Source: an uncultured Gemmatimonadaceae bacterium (lineage in GTDB: Bacteria > Gemmatimonadota > Gemmatimonadetes > Gemmatimonadales > Gemmatimonadaceae). Taken from it: 64,000 nt of DNA. Shown here piece by piece: positions 28,357 to 38,246 of the stretch. Position numbers and translations under genes: made by a program. The notes beneath the pieces are model-generated. The model had not been told where the DNA came from, did not search any database, and saw only the letters and a list, made by a program, of their open reading frames with translations. The DNA lies in the NCBI GenBank assembly GCA_963740355.1, contig CAVUDW010000003.1, positions 1,600,001-1,664,000 on the forward strand. Direction: 5' to 3'. The stretch's first letter is position 1; every line of letters starts with the position of its first letter.

Positions 28357-29522
28357 AGTGCCGCCTGCCTGGCTGCGGTGGGGCGCGCACGGCCACGCAG
28401 CGACGCTGCACGAACCGTTTCGGAATAATAGCCGGATTCCGTGAAGGCGCGCTCGAGCGCCCGCCGCCACGTCCCCTGCGGCTGCACCAGCGAATCACCG
28501 AGCGCGATGACTCGACGCAGGGGACCACGCATCCGCGTCACGGCACGCGCGCCCGATGGCGTACGCACCGACACCGACGCGACCTCGGCGCTGTCGTACT
28601 GCACGTCCAGCGCCAGAGTGCCGACCTCGAATCGCGAACTGGAATCCGGCATCTGCCGCGGTAGCGCCCGACGCGCGAGCGACCACCACGACGGTGTCGC
28701 GATGGCGATCGGCTCGAGGGTGAATCGGTGCGTGTCACGCGCCTCGTCGATCACCTGCTCGTCATGCACGAGGAACGCCACCGCCAGCGAATCGCCAGCG
28801 CGCGTGAGCGAGAAGCTGAGTGAGTCGACGATCAACTGCGAGAGCGCACGACTGGCAGCCTTGCCGACTGGGCCCGCGCGCCGACCGGCAAGTGCCACCG
28901 CCGCCGCGAAGTTCTGGTGCACCATCGCAAGTGTGCCTGCCGCTTGCGGTGCCGAGATCACCTGCGCCAGGGAGAGCCGGCGCGCCGTCAGCAGGTCGAC
29001 CGTCGCGCGATAGGTGTCGTGTGTGCCAAGCTCGCCAACCATGCGATCGAGGTGCACATCCATGCCGATCGTGGATCCGATCACTGCCAGCGGCGTGATG
29101 CTCGATTCACTGGACCGTGCACCTTCCTGTGGCGGCTCGTCTTCGTCGAGGCGTTCGGCCTCAGGGTGTGCCCGCACGTAGGTCATCAACTGCCGAATGA
29201 CCGACGAGTCCGCGAACACGAGCGTGCTGTCGCCGGTGACGAGGTCGCGCCGGAAGACACGGCTGACGAGAAAGGTCGCGTCCTCGAAATTGACTGGCTC
29301 CTCGGCGACGTACACCTCGATCAGCCGACCGGCGAGCGTCGCCACGAGCAGGGGCGCCCGCTGGACGATCACCGTGTCCGCAGAGGTCCGCACCCACGCC
29401 GTGGAATCATCGGATACGAGCAGGAATTCCGCCTCCGGCCGCGCACCGGTTCGCGGCGTGGGAGAGCATGCGGTCAACAACAGCCCGACGATGGCGCATC
29501 CCGCCCGCCAGAACAGACTCAC
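28353..29522 (-). CDS. Hypothetical lipoprotein
   Basis: Lipobox LTAC; coupled to both neighbours. Confidence 0.75.
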   Translation of the reverse strand: MSLFWRAGCAIVGLLLTACSPTPRTGARPEAEFLLVSDDSTAWVRTSADTVIVQRAPLLVATLAGRLIEVYVAEEPVNFEDATFLVSRVFRRDLVTGDSTLVFADSSVIRQLMTYVRAHPEAERLDEDEPPQEGARSSESSITPLAVIGSTIGMDVHLDRMVGELGTHDTYRATVDLLTARRLSLAQVISAPQAAGTLAMVHQNFAAAVALAGRRAGPVGKAASRALSQLIVDSLSFSLTRAGDSLAVAFLVHDEQVIDEARDTHRFTLEPIAIATPSWWSLARRALPRQMPDSSSRFEVGTLALDVQYDSAEVASVSVRTPSGARAVTRMRGPLRRVIALGDSLVQPQGTWRRALERAFTESGYYSETVRAASLRGRARPTAARQAAL

Positions 29523-30421
29523 GATCGGAGCTCGACCCCGGCCCAGCGCTCGACGAGCTTCACCGCTTCGACGTGATCGACTTCGTCGCCAAGCTCCAGA
29601 TGCGCGATCCGCATCAGGTCAGCGGCCAATTGCAGCGTCGGTGCGGGCGTCTTCTGGCTGCGCGCCATGGCGGCGGCGATGCCCGCGTCCTTGTCCAGCA
29701 GCGCCAGTCGGAAGGTGCGCGGGAAGGCTCCCGTCAGCACCCGCTCGGGAAAGAGATTCATCGAGGCGTTGGAGCGCCCCGACGAGGCATTGATCACATC
29801 GAGCGCGACCTCTGGCTTGACGCCGGCCTTCATGGCGGCGACCAGCCCTTCGGCGGTGGACCAGATGTGCAGGGCGAGCAGCGCGTTGTTCACCGCCTTC
29901 AGCGCATGACCAGCACCGACCTCGCCGCAATGCACGATCTTGCCGGCGAAACTGTCGAGGGCCGGACGCGCACGCTCCAGCGCCTCAGCTGCGCCGCCCA
30001 CCATCACCGTCAACTTGCCCGCCTCGGCACCGACCACACCGCCACTCACGGGGGCATCGATGAATGCGATGCCGCGCGTGGCGAGATCGGCAGCGATGCG
30101 ACGACTGCTGTCGGGATCGCCCGACGTACAATCCACGAACAGCATGCCGGGCTTCAGCGCGTCTCGCATGGCGTAGTCGTTCGCGGCCAGAAGCGCGTCG
30201 ACATCAGCTGATTCCGGCAAGCAGGTGATGACGATGTCTGCGCCACGGACCGCGTCGGCAGCCGACGTCGCGACACGCGCACCGCCGATGGCCGCGGCAC
30301 TGCCGCTGGCCTTCTCGATGGTGCGATTCCAGATGGTGAGCGAGTGCCCGACGCGTGCCAGATGGCCCGCCATGGGGGCGCCAATGGCGCCGAGTCCGAG
30401 AAACGCAACAGAAAGTGGCAT
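29519..30421 (-). CDS. NAD(P)-dependent beta-hydroxyacid dehydrogenase (3-hydroxyisobutyrate dehydrogenase family)
   Basis: FLGLGAIGAPMA, DAPVSGG, LTVMVGG, KAVNN. Confidence 0.93.
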   Translation of the reverse strand: MPLSVAFLGLGAIGAPMAGHLARVGHSLTIWNRTIEKASGSAAAIGGARVATSAADAVRGADIVITCLPESADVDALLAANDYAMRDALKPGMLFVDCTSGDPDSSRRIAADLATRGIAFIDAPVSGGVVGAEAGKLTVMVGGAAEALERARPALDSFAGKIVHCGEVGAGHALKAVNNALLALHIWSTAEGLVAAMKAGVKPEVALDVINASSGRSNASMNLFPERVLTGAFPRTFRLALLDKDAGIAAAMARSQKTPAPTLQLAADLMRIAHLELGDEVDHVEAVKLVERWAGVELRS

Positions 30422-30457
30422 GACCAAAGCTAGCCTCCTCGTGGAATAGCTTTGGTC

Positions 30458-30694
30458 ATGCGAACCATCGTGACTGTGGAAGGGATGCGAGCCGTGCACT
30501 GTGTGCGGGCGGTCCAGACGGCCCTGGCGATGGTCCCCGGCATTACCTGGTGCGATGTCACGATGGGCCGCGTCGAGGTGGAACACGACGGTCAGGCGAG
30601 CGACGCGGCATTCCGCGAGGCGATCGGTGTGGCGGGGTTCGCGGTGCGTGAGGTCCGGGCCGAGCGCCGCCTGCCGATCGTCGGCGAGCCGTGA
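30458..30694 (+). CDS. Heavy-metal-associated (HMA/CopZ-like) domain protein, atypical motif
   Basis: VEGMRAVHCVRAVQTAL...PGI...AIGVAGF. Confidence 0.8.
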   Translation: MRTIVTVEGMRAVHCVRAVQTALAMVPGITWCDVTMGRVEVEHDGQASDAAFREAIGVAGFAVREVRAERRLPIVGEP

Positions 30695-30860
30695 CGGGCG
30701 CCGGGGTTACCCCACGTGGCAGGCCGGCCTAACTTGGCCCAACGCCGCTGCACCTCCGGTGCGATGGCGTTGGCTCACGGCGACCGGACGGTCGTCTTCC
30801 CTTCCGTGACGTCGGTTGTCTCGCCCCCGTTGGCCGAGCGACTGCCCGAATGACCGGCAC

Positions 30861-32279
30861 ATGATTGCCAAGAAGCGACGCGACGACGATCTGCCGATCG
30901 CCGCTCTGCTTGCACCGGACATTCTGGCGCTCCTCGACGAGGCGCCGGAAGCGGTAGCCGCGGAGACGGAGGAGATGCATCCGGCCGACCTGGCGGATGT
31001 CGCCGAGGCGATCCCGCGCGACAAGGTCGTCCCCCTCCTGAACGCACTCGGCGCCGAACGCGCGGCAGATGTGCTGGAGTACCTGGACGAGGATCTCCGC
31101 AGCGACGTCCTCGAGACGATGACGACGCGCCAGGCGGCGCAGCTCATCACCGAGATGACGCCGGACGATCGCGCCGCCGCCCTCGACGAGCTCGAGGAGG
31201 AGGTCGCCGACGAGATCCTCTCCGCCCTGCCGCCAGAGCAACAGCGCGAGACCGAGCAGCTGTTGGCGTACGACGAGGACACGGCCGGCGGCTTGATGAC
31301 GACCGAATTCGTCTCGGTGCCAAGCTCGCAGCGGGTCGAGGATGCCCTCGCCAGCGTGCGTGCCATCGCGCGCATCGGTCGCAAGGAAGCGATGTACACG
31401 ATCTACAGCACCGACGACGTGGGCCGGGTGAACGGCGTGATGTCGTTGCGCGAGTTGCTGGCCGCACCGGACGGCGCCGTTGTCTCGGAAATCGCCTGGT
31501 CCGAAGTTGTGACGGTGACCGTGCACGCCGGTCGCGAGGAGATCGTCGAACGCACCTCGAAGTACGATCTCGTGGCGGTACCGGTGGTGGACGAGAACAT
31601 GCGACTCGTGGGTGTGGTCACGGTCGACGACGTCATCGACATCGTGCAGGAAGACGCCACCGAAGACGTGCAGAAGCTCGGTGGTATGGAAGCGCTCGAT
31701 GATCCGTACATCGACACCGGCTTCTTCACGCTGCTGCGCAAGCGCGCCAGCTGGCTGACGATCCTGTTCATCGGCGAGATGTTCACCGCGGTGGCGATGG
31801 GCCGATTCGAAGGCGAGATCCAGCGCGCTGCGGTGCTCGCGCTGTTCGTGCCACTGATCATCAGTTCCGGCGGCAACTCCGGCTCGCAGGCCACCTCGCT
31901 GCTGATTCGTGCGCTGGCGCTTCGTGAAGTCCGACTTCGCGACTGGTGGCGGGTCGCCATGCGCGAGTTGCCCAGCGGCCTGCTGCTGGGCGCACTGCTT
32001 GGCCTGATTGGCTTCTCGCGCATCGAACTCTGGCAGGCCCTCGGCCTCACCAACTACGGCGCTGGCCATATCCTGCTGGCACTGACGGTGGCGATCTCGC
32101 TCATCGGCGTCGTGACGTTCGGGACGCTGGTTGGCGCAATGTTGCCGTTCATGCTGAAGCGGGTTGGCCTCGACCCAGCCAGCGCATCGGCGCCGCTGGT
32201 GGCGACGCTGGTCGACGTGACGGGGCTGGTGATCTACTTCACCGTGGCCCTTCTCATGCTCCGCGGCACGTACCTGTGA
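30861..32279 (+). CDS. mgtE: Magnesium transporter MgtE
   Basis: HPADLA, TAGGLMTTE, CBS pair, SSGGNSGSQA, DPASASAPLVATLVDVTG. Confidence 0.96.
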   Translation: MIAKKRRDDDLPIAALLAPDILALLDEAPEAVAAETEEMHPADLADVAEAIPRDKVVPLLNALGAERAADVLEYLDEDLRSDVLETMTTRQAAQLITEMTPDDRAAALDELEEEVADEILSALPPEQQRETEQLLAYDEDTAGGLMTTEFVSVPSSQRVEDALASVRAIARIGRKEAMYTIYSTDDVGRVNGVMSLRELLAAPDGAVVSEIAWSEVVTVTVHAGREEIVERTSKYDLVAVPVVDENMRLVGVVTVDDVIDIVQEDATEDVQKLGGMEALDDPYIDTGFFTLLRKRASWLTILFIGEMFTAVAMGRFEGEIQRAAVLALFVPLIISSGGNSGSQATSLLIRALALREVRLRDWWRVAMRELPSGLLLGALLGLIGFSRIELWQALGLTNYGAGHILLALTVAISLIGVVTFGTLVGAMLPFMLKRVGLDPASASAPLVATLVDVTGLVIYFTVALLMLRGTYL

Positions 32280-33181
32280 CATCGCCAGAGGCAGCAGCGG
32301 ACACGCCGGCACATCCGCTGCGCGGCACGATCCTGGTCTTGATCAGTGCCGCCTGTTTCGGCACGACGCTGATCTTCACGCAGCGTGGGCTCGACAGCGG
32401 CGCCACGCTGACGCAGCTGCTGGCATTCCGCTACGTGTTCGGCTCGATCATGCTCTGCATCGTCGCTGGCGGGTTCGGTGCGGCGATGGCGGTCGGTGAG
32501 CGTAAGTGGAAGCTGCTCACCTATGGTGGCCTGGCGCAGACCGCGGTGGCGGGTCTCTCGGTTGCATCGATCCAGTTCATTCCGGCGGCCAGCGTCGCGT
32601 TCTTGTTCTACACCTATCCGACGTGGGTGGCGGTCCTGGCCATCGTTCGCCGAACCGAACATGTCGACGCGACGAAGATTGCGGCATTGGCTTTGTCACT
32701 GGCGGGCATCGTGACGATCGTCGGCAATCCGCTGGCCACGAAGCTCGATCCACGCGGCATCGCGCTCGCGCTGTCAGCGGCAGTGGTCTATGCGGTGCTG
32801 ATTCCCTGGCTGGGAAAGATTCAGCATGGCCTGAAGCCAGCGGCCGCCATGACGTGGATTGCACTCGGTGCAGCGATCTGCTTCCTGATCGGTGCACTCG
32901 TCACGCGGACGCCACTCTTTCCGCTGACACAGTCACTGCTGCTGACCGCTGGCGCGCTGGCGCTGATTCCCACCACGCTGGCCTTCACGACTTTCCTTGC
33001 CGGCCTGGCCGCCCTGGGCCCCGTGCGCACCTCGATCGTGAGCACCGTCGAGCCGTTCTGGACCGCGCTACTCGCTGGCCTGGTGCTCGGACAGGATGTC
33101 GGGCCACGCACCTGGATTGGCGGGGCGATGATCGCGGCGGCGATGGTGGTGTTGCAGCGGAAACCAAAGCCCGCTGGCTGA
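32276..33181 (+). CDS. DMT/EamA family transporter
   Basis: About ten TM helices; FLFYTYP, STVEPFW; GTG overlaps mgtE stop. Confidence 0.9.
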   Translation: MTSPEAAADTPAHPLRGTILVLISAACFGTTLIFTQRGLDSGATLTQLLAFRYVFGSIMLCIVAGGFGAAMAVGERKWKLLTYGGLAQTAVAGLSVASIQFIPAASVAFLFYTYPTWVAVLAIVRRTEHVDATKIAALALSLAGIVTIVGNPLATKLDPRGIALALSAAVVYAVLIPWLGKIQHGLKPAAAMTWIALGAAICFLIGALVTRTPLFPLTQSLLLTAGALALIPTTLAFTTFLAGLAALGPVRTSIVSTVEPFWTALLAGLVLGQDVGPRTWIGGAMIAAAMVVLQRKPKPAG

Positions 33182-33199
33182 CGCGTTCGCCACGGCGCG

Positions 33200-33955
33200 T
33201 CAGGTGTTATCGACGCGCGGCTTGTTCCGGTTGCGATCGTTGTACGCGAAGATGCCGGCACCGAAGAGTGCGATCGTCGCGAAGCTGAACCACTGCACCG
33301 CGTAACTCTTGTGCGGGCCCTCATCCGGCGCCGGCGGCAGCAGGCGCGGCGGGATGTTGGCCTTCGGCGATGTGTCGCCGAGTTGCACGAGCTGCACGCG
33401 GGCGATCGGGTACGGCATTCCCTTCTGCACTGCGTCGAAGTCCAGGGTGCGCATCATCTTCGCGCTGACCACACCAGCGGCATTGGCAATCGGCGTGCTG
33501 GCGGGCAGTGCGAACGCGAGCACGCTGGCGGTGTCGGGCTCCCGCCACTTCGCCTGATCGACATCCTTGCCATCAGGCGAGTACACCCAGCCACGGTTGA
33601 CGAGGTACGCGGTGTCGCGGCCGGCGATGCGCAGCGGCGTGAGCAGGTTCACCCCTGGTGAGCCACCGCGAATGCGCTGCGTGATGACGACTTCGTTGGC
33701 ATAGTCGAACACGCCGGTGAGCTGGACACGCCGGTATCGCATCGCCGCACTGTCGCGGGGTAGCGACTCGATCGGCACCGGTGGGGCCGAGTAGTGCGCC
33801 GCGACTTCGGCATTCAGCGCGCGGCGCCATGCGAGGCGATCGAGTTGCCAGAAGCCAAGGCGGATGAAAAGCGCTGCCAGCGCCACTGCGATCACCACGA
33901 ACACGATCACCCGCGGTCGTACCCCGGCGGCTGCAGGTACTGCGTCGTCAGCCAC
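33200..33955 (-). CDS. SURF1 family protein
   Basis: LGFWQLDRLAW, LVNRGWV, HKSYAVQWF. Confidence 0.93.
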   Translation of the reverse strand: MADDAVPAAAGVRPRVIVFVVIAVALAALFIRLGFWQLDRLAWRRALNAEVAAHYSAPPVPIESLPRDSAAMRYRRVQLTGVFDYANEVVITQRIRGGSPGVNLLTPLRIAGRDTAYLVNRGWVYSPDGKDVDQAKWREPDTASVLAFALPASTPIANAAGVVSAKMMRTLDFDAVQKGMPYPIARVQLVQLGDTSPKANIPPRLLPPAPDEGPHKSYAVQWFSFATIALFGAGIFAYNDRNRNKPRVDNT

Positions 33956-33962
33956 GGAGGAT

Positions 33963-34775
33963 CTAGAAGAGTGTCATCTGTTCGCCCAGCTGGTCCGGTG
34001 TCACCGGGACCTGGCCGAGCAGGCGCTGCAGCTGTCGCACACTTTCCGGGCTATGACCGGAGAAGTGGTTGTTCACGAATCCGTAGATGGTCTTCACCCG
34101 CGTCTGGAGCCCCTTGATCGCGGTGGCCCACGCATTGAGCTCACGGGTCCGATCGACCTGGATGTGGCTGTAGTCGGTGAAGTCCCGGTTCGGCCCCATC
34201 CAGCGGAGGTACGCCGTGGGTGACGTCGGCGACTCGGCCAGCGCGAGCATCTGCTTTCGGGGGATCCAGCGTGCGTCGGTGAGCGTGAGGGCGACCTTGT
34301 ACTCCTTGAGGAGTGCGAGGACGCCGTCGTGGATCCAGCCGCGCTGGCGGAACTCGATCGCGAATGGGATTTCCTTGGTCGGCAGCGTCGGCAGGAATGC
34401 GGCCAGCGCAGGAAGTTCAGTGGGCGAAAAATCCGGCCCGAGCTGAATCAGGATGATGCCCAGCTTGTTCTCGAGTTCACGGGCGCGGTCGAGGAACAGG
34501 TTGGTGAGGTCACCCGATTCACGCAGTCGGTTGTCGTGCGTGATCTCTTGCGGGAGCTTGAGGGCGAACTTGAAGCCCTCGGGGACCTTGTTGGCCCAAC
34601 CGCGCACGCTGCGGACTGACGGAATGGCGTAAAAGGTCGAGTCGATCTCAACCGTGGAGAACGCGCGGGAATACACGCCGAGGTAGTCGGGCGCTTTCGT
34701 ACCGAGCGGATAGAACGCGCCGACCCATGCGTCGTAATTCCAGCCCTGTGTGCCGAGCCGGATCGTGGCTGCCAT
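33963..34775 (-). CDS. DUF72 domain protein
   Basis: LGTQGWNY..W...FYP, TVEIDSTFYAIP, AIEFR, YGFVNNH. Confidence 0.93.
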   Translation of the reverse strand: MAATIRLGTQGWNYDAWVGAFYPLGTKAPDYLGVYSRAFSTVEIDSTFYAIPSVRSVRGWANKVPEGFKFALKLPQEITHDNRLRESGDLTNLFLDRARELENKLGIILIQLGPDFSPTELPALAAFLPTLPTKEIPFAIEFRQRGWIHDGVLALLKEYKVALTLTDARWIPRKQMLALAESPTSPTAYLRWMGPNRDFTDYSHIQVDRTRELNAWATAIKGLQTRVKTIYGFVNNHFSGHSPESVRQLQRLLGQVPVTPDQLGEQMTLF

Positions 34776-34887
34776 CCTCCAAAGGTCGCAGGCGGGGGAA
34801 GAGGGGCCAAGGGGCGACGGCGATCGAGTCTCAAGCTCCGTGAGGTTGCTCGATTTCTTGCGCCATCATAGAGCCACCAACTAATCA

Positions 34888-36381
34888 CTATCTGTACGTT
34901 TCGAAGAACCCGACCCCGTCGCCACCAATCGCACGGCCCGAAATCCGGCCCCCCAGGTGAGCCCGGCCTTTCATCTGCAGGAACCAGGGCGTGGCGAGCT
35001 GCCGAGCATAGACCCCTTCGCCGCGCTCGATCAGCCCGGAGCGGGTGTCGGAAGCCACCGCGTCATCGATCGTCAGCCGAAGATCGAGCGTGTCGGTGCC
35101 ACGGACGTCGAACAGCCGCGCCGTCGACGGGCCGCGACCCGGACCTGCGACGCGACGCGCGTCATCGTAGAGGATCTCGCGCGGACGAAACACGGCGCGA
35201 AAGCCAAGTGAATCAACGACATACACAAACAACGGGGCTTCCGTGGCACCGGATGATGCCGGCGGACGCACTCGCCCGTACAGAATGGTGTAGCTGCCCG
35301 CGCGCGCCGCTCCCCAGTCCCAAGTCACACCCTGCCATGTGCCCCAATTGTGGTCATGGTAGGCCTGTGCTGCCGCGAACTGTTCACATCGTGTCGCGAT
35401 GCAGATCGAGCCAGTCGCCGCCGCGCGCAGTCCGAGCACAGCGTAGCCCGATGGTGTGTCACCGGACATCAGGTTCGCACCCGGGAAATACGCGCGCGCT
35501 GCCGGCGTGATCGCGAGCGTGAGGCGAAGCATCTCTCCGCTCCCGTCTTCCGCCTTCGCCATTCCGCTGATCGCGTAGTGCCCGTCGCTTTCCACCTGCA
35601 CGCGACCCACGTCACCGAACTGCAGGTTGGCGTCGCGGGTGCTGAACCTGACCTGCTGTTTCGGCACGGACATCGAGAAGCGCCGCGCCGGCCGCCCGGT
35701 TTCGTGCGCCGTCACGAGCACCTGAGCGCCCCACTGCCCCGCCGGCACCGCGCCACCAACGATGTAGGTGATGAAGAACCACCGGTTCGCGTCGGGCGAC
35801 AACACGTTGAAGTAGTGCCATTCGCCCCAGCTTTCCGGTGTGACCGCATCCGACGGCAAGAGGTGGAAGTGGTCCGCGTCATGGCGCAGTGCGACCAGCG
35901 ATGGGTTCGCCCAGCGTCGATCGCCGGCATCGTCGACCCAGGCGCCGGCCGCGAGGGGAGCGGGCGCGCCGACATTTCGCGTCGCACCGGGAATTTCTCC
36001 CGCTGCGCGCACCGGCACTTCGCGCCCATCGCCCAGCGTGACATAGAGGAGTTTCGACTCGATCTGTGGCGCCACGGCGCTGACCACACCGGCCTGACGC
36101 GGCGACGCCAGCAGCTGCTGGTAGAGGAATCGTGCGTTCGCAATCGAGAAGAACATCCCGCCGACACCGCCAGTCTTCATCACTTCGACGTCGAGCCCTT
36201 CCGGCAATACCGTCACGTCGCCGCCACCGACGAGCTTTTCGTCGCTGGCCTGCGCAATCATCGCATCACCCACCGAGAGCAGCACGATCATCACGGCCAC
36301 GCCCAGTCCGTACCCGGCCAACAGGAACAGCGTCCGCAATTTCCGGAAACCGAGATTGCGCAGCGCCAGCCGCCAGATCAC
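34888..36381 (-). CDS. MacB/FtsX-like permease N-terminal half fused to AttH/lipocalin-like domain
   Basis: LALRNL..RKLRT plus TM1; then WGEWHYFN, YHDHNWG..WDWG and terminal GFFETYR; no C-terminal TMs. Confidence 0.7.
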   Translation of the reverse strand: MIWRLALRNLGFRKLRTLFLLAGYGLGVAVMIVLLSVGDAMIAQASDEKLVGGGDVTVLPEGLDVEVMKTGGVGGMFFSIANARFLYQQLLASPRQAGVVSAVAPQIESKLLYVTLGDGREVPVRAAGEIPGATRNVGAPAPLAAGAWVDDAGDRRWANPSLVALRHDADHFHLLPSDAVTPESWGEWHYFNVLSPDANRWFFITYIVGGAVPAGQWGAQVLVTAHETGRPARRFSMSVPKQQVRFSTRDANLQFGDVGRVQVESDGHYAISGMAKAEDGSGEMLRLTLAITPAARAYFPGANLMSGDTPSGYAVLGLRAAATGSICIATRCEQFAAAQAYHDHNWGTWQGVTWDWGAARAGSYTILYGRVRPPASSGATEAPLFVYVVDSLGFRAVFRPREILYDDARRVAGPGRGPSTARLFDVRGTDTLDLRLTIDDAVASDTRSGLIERGEGVYARQLATPWFLQMKGRAHLGGRISGRAIGGDGVGFFETYR

Positions 36382-37061
36382 GCCGTCACCTCGGCCACGA
36401 TCGCGCCATCGCGCATCTGGATCCTGCGACCGGCCGCCGCCGCCATCTGCGCGTCGTGTGTCACCACGATGATCGTCGTGCCATCGCGATTGAGTCGGCG
36501 AAAGAGGTCGATCATCTCGGTGCCGGTGGCGGCGTCGAGCTCACCGGTGGGCTCGTCCGCCAGCAGCAGCGCGGGCCGGTTCGCCAGTGCGCGTGCAATC
36601 GCGACTCGCTGCTGCTCACCGCCGCTCAACTGTGATGGGCGATGGTCGGCGCGTCCCGCCAATCCCACATACCCAAGCAGTTCCTTCACGCGCGCGCGGC
36701 GTTCCTCTCGCGGCACCTTCGCCTCGGCCATCGGCAGTTCGACATTCTCGGCCGCGTTCAGCGCCGGCATCAGGTAGAAGCGCTGGAATACGAACCCGAT
36801 GCGGCGGAGACGAAACGCGGTGGCGGACGCATCACTCAGCCGGTCGATCCGTTCGCCGGCGATGGTGAGTGAGCCGGCGTCGGGCGTGTCGACGGCACCG
36901 AGCAGATTGAGGAGGGTGCTCTTGCCGCACCCGGATGGCCCGACGATCGCCACCCATTCGCCGTCCTCGATGTCGAAACTGACGCCACGCAAGGCATGCA
37001 CTGCCCCGCTGCCCATGGTGTAATCACGAGCGAGCTCACGCACCTGCACGAGGGCGGTCAC
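36378..37061 (-). CDS. ABC transporter ATP-binding protein (LolD/MacB type)
   Basis: GPSGCGKS, LSGGEQQRV, LLADEPTG, VTHD. Confidence 0.96.
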   Translation of the reverse strand: MTALVQVRELARDYTMGSGAVHALRGVSFDIEDGEWVAIVGPSGCGKSTLLNLLGAVDTPDAGSLTIAGERIDRLSDASATAFRLRRIGFVFQRFYLMPALNAAENVELPMAEAKVPREERRARVKELLGYVGLAGRADHRPSQLSGGEQQRVAIARALANRPALLLADEPTGELDAATGTEMIDLFRRLNRDGTTIIVVTHDAQMAAAAGRRIQMRDGAIVAEVTA

Positions 37062-38246
37062 GCGACCGCCTCGCGTCGAAGGGTGCCGGCGATCGGCAGC
37101 GAGGCTGCCCGCCACGCGGGATAGATCCCGGCCAGGACACCGGCCATCGCGAGCATGCCGAGCGCGATGCCGGCGTCTCGTGGCTGAAAGACAAAGAATC
37201 GGAAAGTCGCGGGCATGCCAGGAAAGTCAGCGAGAATACGTTCGAGCCACTGGGCCGTCACGAGGCCGATCAGGAGACCGGAGACTGCGCCAATCCCACT
37301 CAGCACCAGTCCTTCCGTCACCACTTGAAGAATGATGCTGCGCTTGGCGATGCCGATCGCACGCAACACCGCGATTTCACCAGCACGCTCGTTGACACCG
37401 ATCGTGATCAAGGTCGTGACCAGCAAAATGCCGACTGCAAGCGAGATGCTGCCCAGAACCAAGGCCAGTTGACGGAAGTAGGCGAGACGCTGCTCCACCT
37501 GTGCGGTCGCCCCCTCGAGTGAAATCGCCGATACACGCGCGCTGACTTTCTGGATGCGACTGCGCACGTCCTCCGCGTCAACCCCCGGTGCAGCCTTCAC
37601 CATCAGGAGCGAGATACGATCGCGGCGCGCCGTGCCGCCCATCGCCTGCAAGACCGGCAGCTTCATGGCGATCGTGGGCTGCGTGGTGGCGGTGTAAAAG
37701 AACCGACCGACGCCACTGATGATGAACGTCCGCTGGCCCAGCACGGTGCGCAGTTGTGGATCGTACCCGACCGCGAGCGTGACGCTGTCACCGATCACAT
37801 GCGCCGTGGCTGCAAGCCAACGTTCATTGACGACGATGTTCGTGCTGTCAGTCAGGTCACGACCGCGCAGTAGTTCGTAGTCGCCCTGCACTGCCGGATT
37901 GATGCCAAGTGTGAAGGCGGTGATCGTCGTGTCACGCACCGTCGTCTGCGCCTGCGCGCCCAGCACCGGGCTGATCGCGCTCACCCCCTGCAAGGTCGCG
38001 AATCGACTGCATCAGCGCACTGGCACTGTCGATGGTCGCATCACTGTCGAAGGGCAGCGTGCCCTTCGGCGCCACGCGCAACTGGTATCCCCGGACCAGC
38101 AGGAATCCCTGAAAATTCTCTCGCATACCCGAGGCGAGCATCACCATGTCGAGCAATAGCGCCGCCGACACCGCGATGCCCAGCAGTGCCAGCATGGTGC
38201 GCGCTGGATGCCGAAAGAGTGCGAGGACGGCGAGACGGAATGGCAT
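37058..38246 (-). pseudogene. ABC transporter permease (FtsX/MacB family) interrupted by a frameshift near 37985-37989
   Basis: MPFRLAVLALFRHPART...MQSIRDL continues in another frame as GVSAISPVLG; G5 run on the coding strand at the junction. Confidence 0.8.
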
